Below, piece by piece: positions 51,787-64,000 of a stretch of 64,000 bases of DNA. Under the pieces are notes generated by a model. It was not told where the DNA came from, made no database searches, and saw nothing but the letters and a program-made list of their open reading frames with translations. Position 1 is the stretch's first letter. The number at the start of each line of letters is the position of its first letter. The stretch lies in NCBI RefSeq assembly GCF_009914755.1, contig NC_060946.1; one strand, 5' to 3'. Both the position numbers and the translations under genes were made by a program. Source of the DNA: the human T2T-CHM13v2.0 reference genome, Homo sapiens.

Positions 51787-52899
51787 TTAAATTAAACCAG
51801 GCTGGGCATGGCAGCTCAGGTCTGCAATCCCAGCACTTTGGGAGGTCGAGGCAGGAGGATCACTTGAGCCCAGAAGTTCAAGACCACCCTAGACAACCAG
51901 TGAGACCCAGTCTCTACAAAAAGTCTAAATATTAGCCACGTGTGGTGGCACATGCCTGCGGTTCCAGCTACTTGCGGGGCTGAGGAGGGAGGATCGTTTG
52001 AGCCCAGGAGGTTGAGCAGTGAGCTGTGATAACGCCACTGCACTCCAGCCTGGGCAACACAGTGAGGCTGTCTCAAAAAAAAAAATTTTTTTAATTAAAC
52101 TAAATAAAGTTATCCTAGTCATATGTCAAGACCTCAATAGCCACATGGTCCCAAAACCTCTGGATAAAACCTAATTCCCAAAACCTGTGGATATTACCTT
52201 ATACAACACAAGAGTGACTAATACCTTAAGTGGAAAAGTATGTTAAAGATTTTTTTTTTTTTTTTTGAGACAGAGTCTCACTCTGTTGCCCAGGCTGGAG
52301 TGCAATGGCGTGGTCTCAGCTCACTGCAACCTCCGCCTCCCAGGTTCCAGTGATTCTTGTGCCTCAGTCTCCTGAGACTACAGGTGTTCGCCACCATGCC
52401 CAGCTAATTTTTTTTGTACTTTTAGTAGGGATGAGGTTTCACCGTGTTGTTCAGGCTAGCCTCGAATTCCTGGCCTCAAGTGATCTGCCTGCCTTGGCCT
52501 CCCAAAGTGCTGGGATCACAGGTGTGAGCTACCCTGCCCGGCCTTTTTTGCATTTTTTTTTTTTTTTTTTGAGAGTGAGTCTTGCTCTATCACCCAGGCC
52601 GGAGTGTGTGGCACAATCTCGGCTCACTGCAATCTCCACCTCCCAGGTTGAAGCGATTCTCCTGCCTCAGCCTCCTGAGTAGCTAGGATACAGGCATGCG
52701 CCACCATGCCCAGTTAATTTTTGTATTTTTAGTAGAGATGGTGTTTTACTGTGTTGGCCAGGCTGGTCTCCAACTCCTGACCTCAAGTGATCCACCCTCC
52801 TTAGCCTCCCAAAGTGCTGGGATTACAGGCATGAGCCACCGCACCCGGCCTAAAGTATGTTAAAGATTTTGAGAGGAGGAGATGATCCTGGATTATCTA

Positions 52900-53621
<722 letters not shown>

Positions 53622-53831
53622 TCAAAAACACAACTCACAACATTACACAAAGGCCATCACAACCTTACACAAAAAATACTTCTGCAAAGACATCTGCCCA
53701 GGAGTGGCCTGTCCAGCCTCAGACTAGTGTCACCCTTATCACTGATCCTAGTAGCCAAGGATGATAATTCCAAAACAGTTATATACCAAAGCTAAGCTAT
53801 GAGGAAGCAAACACATAAGAATGATATAATG

Positions 53832-54134
53832 GGCCGGGCGCAGTGGCTCATGCCTGTAATCCCAGAACTTTGGCAGGCTGAGGCGGGTGGATCACCTAAG
53901 GTCAGGAGTTTGAGACCAGTCTGGAGAACATGGTGAAACCCCGTCTCTACCAATAACACAAAAATCAGCCAGGCATGGTGGCACACGCTGGTAGTCCCAG
54001 CTACTCGGGAGGCTGAAGCAGGAGAACCTCTTGAACTGGGAGGTGGAGGTTTCAGTGAGCCAAGACTGCACCATTGCACCCCACTCCAGCCTGAAAGACA
54101 AGAGCAAAACTCTATCTCAAAAAAAAAAAAAAAA
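53832..54134 (+). mobile_element. Alu whose poly-A tail hosts the full-length L1
   Basis: GGCCGGGCGCAGTGGCTC start; A-tail abuts the L1 5' end. Confidence 0.88.
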
Positions 54135-61526
<7,392 letters not shown>

Positions 61527-61706
61527 CTACCCAGAGGCTACTGAGACAGTCCAAGCAAAGAACAGGTGGCTCTATGCACCTGGGACACCCGTGCCCAGGC
61601 AGCCTACTTACATGTGGGGAAACTGAGTCTCAGAGGGGCTAAGGTATTGCCGAGGTCCACTTGCCCGGTTTCCAGGGCCCATGCCCCCATGCCCTGCCCT
61701 GCTCAT

Positions 61707-61876
61707 CTCCCAATCTCCAAGCAGGGCTTGGCACCCGCAGCTGAACAGGCCTGGTGTACACATGGTTGTCAGGTTCCTTGGAGGCCGAGGGCAGCCAGAG
61801 ACAGAGGCCAACAATGAGCAGCACCAGGACCACGGCCAGCAGACCCAGCACCACTAACTTCATCTTCATGACTCTA
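61707..61876 (-). pseudogene. GGT1-family first coding exon (signal anchor), frameshifted, donor lost
   Basis: ATG at 61869: MKMKLVVLGLLAVVLVLLIVGLCLWLPSASKEPDNHVYTR, then a frameshift; exon end ATTGGGAG|ATGAGC instead of GTGAG. Confidence 0.9.
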
Positions 61877-64000
61877 CTGCATCCACGGGGCAAGGAGCAG
61901 GGTCAGACCCAGCCTCAGACACTCCCTGGCACCTCCCCAACAGAGCACAGTCTAAAGTCGGGCCTCAGAAACACAAGTTCAGTGTCTCCTCGCCTCCCAG
62001 AACGTGTGCATGCTGTCCAGTCCTGGGAGTGGGCGCCTCCAAGGAGGAGCAGAGGCAGGGAAGGAGCAGGAGCTGCCAGAGAACCCATAAGCTTACCTAG
62101 TCCCAGAGGGGACAAGAGGCCAGCCAGGGGGTGCCCAGCAGCCCTGGGGGACAGTGGAAGGCATCTACACAGGGTGCAGGACAGGCAGGCCTCTCACAGA
62201 GGTCCAGCCTAGCAAGGAGGATGGGGAGGCTGACGTCACAGCAGCAAGGAGGCACACAGTGACTCCACACAGTAACTCAGCCTGTCACCAGGTGACTAAA
62301 CTTCATGCAGCCCTGGGAGGGCCCCGGGTGGGAGGTGTTGTGAGCCGGGGAATAGGGTTCCCACTTCCCAGGCTCAGTTCCTTCCAAAGGGTGCTGTCTG
62401 CCCACGAGCCCCTCCAGTGAGCCCCAGGCTGGGTCCCTCTCTGGCTCTCCCTGTCCCTGTTCAGAACATCTGAACTCACAGCCAGTGTCCCAGAGATGGC
62501 TCTGGAGGCGGTGGAGTAGTGGTGCCCCTGGCACTAGACCAGAACCCAGCCTAAGAGACCTCACCACACGCTGCTGTCAATGCTAAAGGTGTGTTCCGGG
62601 AACATGGCCTGGGGCCCTGAGTGCAGACTGGTTCTGCTGCCCATCCAGAAACATTAGCACCCCAGGCCCAAGGAACCACCTGAACAGCCCAGAAAGGCAG
62701 GGCCCAGAGAGGGCCTGAGCTGGCCCAAGCTCACACAGCCCAGCAGTGCAGGCTTGGCCACTTGGTAACTGCCCCAAGTTACTGCATGTTTCTGACCAGC
62801 CCACCAAGAAGTCTGAGCCAGGAACAGCCGCGGGCCCAGCCCAGGGGACCTTGGACACTTCTGCCCATTCCCCTGCGGCCCTCATCTGCCAAGGATATGG
62901 GCCAGAGTCTCCCTGAGTCATGGCTTCCTCCCCTGCTCCTGGGCCTGCTGTGCCTACAGTGCCGGAGAGCCCCTGCAGCCTCCACCTGAGGTTTATTCCG
63001 TGCCCATAACACCTACCCCACAATCATGCTTCCAGGCTGCCCCAGCTGACAGAAGGGGACATGAAGGCTGACCCAATATTGCTGCCTGCCTGGGTCACAT
63101 AGACCTGTCCTGTCATCCACTGCTCTCAAATGGGCTCTGGACAGAACCCACCAGACACGCAACTGTGAGATCCTCAATAGCCCTAGGGTGGAGGTGCTAT
63201 GACCAAGCCCTTACCCTGGCTATTCCTCCCCCTGAAGATCAGGGTGACTGGGAAGATGACAGGGCAGGAACCAAGGCCCCATGACCTGTCCCTGAAGGCT
63301 AGACAGCCAACAGGAACATCAGGGGATTTGGCCCTCCTAAGTGGCTGCATTCCATGGCAGTCAGCCATGAGGGGTCTAAAGTGGAGAGCCACAGGGCTCT
63401 GTCCCCTGCCCCGGCCTGCTCAGCAGTTTCCTCTCTGCCTGAGAGCATATAAGACAGGCAGGATTCACAGCAGCAGGTGGGCAGGAAGAAAGTCTGAGTG
63501 CGCAAAGGATGGCTCAGACCCCCGCAGCTGACCCCAAAAAGAAAACCCTGGGCTGGGGAAAGTAGGGAGACAGAGCTGCCTTTGATGGGGCACAGCCGAA
63601 GCCTGGCAGCAGCTGAGGATTCCAGAGAGGGGAGACAGGAGGGGAGGCACTTTATCAAAGGACATGTTAATAGAGGTAGGGCCTACAGAACGAAGGAGGC
63701 TTCTCCTCGCATGCTGAGTGTGTCACATTCTGTCCCAGTCAGCCCTCTACCCCCTGAATGCAGAGAGGGCACCTAGGGGGAAGTGGGTCTGGGGAAGCCA
63801 TGTCACCCAAGGAAAGACTGCAGGGGCTGGCCTAGAAGTCTTCTGCAGACCCCACAGCTCTTGTCCTGGGCACATAAGGTAGTGAGTTCCCTGTCCCCAG
63901 AAATGTGCCAGCCTCACTCACCCAGAGACACAGACTCTGGTGTCAGTATCACCCACTTCCAACACACGTGCAAGCACGTGCGCACACACACAACTGAGCC

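Overview
Human genomic DNA, very Alu-rich. From gene content I recognise it as 22q11.23, the DRICH1-GUSBP11 interval. All gene-like content is on the minus strand. (1) DRICH1/C22orf43: I assembled 11 coding exons by hand (23168 down to 4521) with canonical AG/GT ends and consistent phases; the stop-containing exon was not found and is probably left of the window. Exon 1 resembles the lipid-anchor N-terminus of cyclin Y-like 1. The other exons come from a tandemly amplified 3.4-4.5 kb microexon cassette, which also carries splice-site-intact, in-frame exon copies absent from the protein I recall, and one exon made from an antisense L1. (2) A mosaic of unprocessed pseudogene fragments: IGLL1-like exons 2-3 (1-bp frameshift), ASL exons (ASLP1), GUSB exon 11 and the first coding exon of a GGT1-like gene. 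(3) A full-length but inactivated L1PA element at 54.1-60.3 kb, nested in a triple-insertion site. Most ORF-track entries are Alu, L1 or low-complexity artefacts. Gene and repeat-family names are from memory, not from a search.
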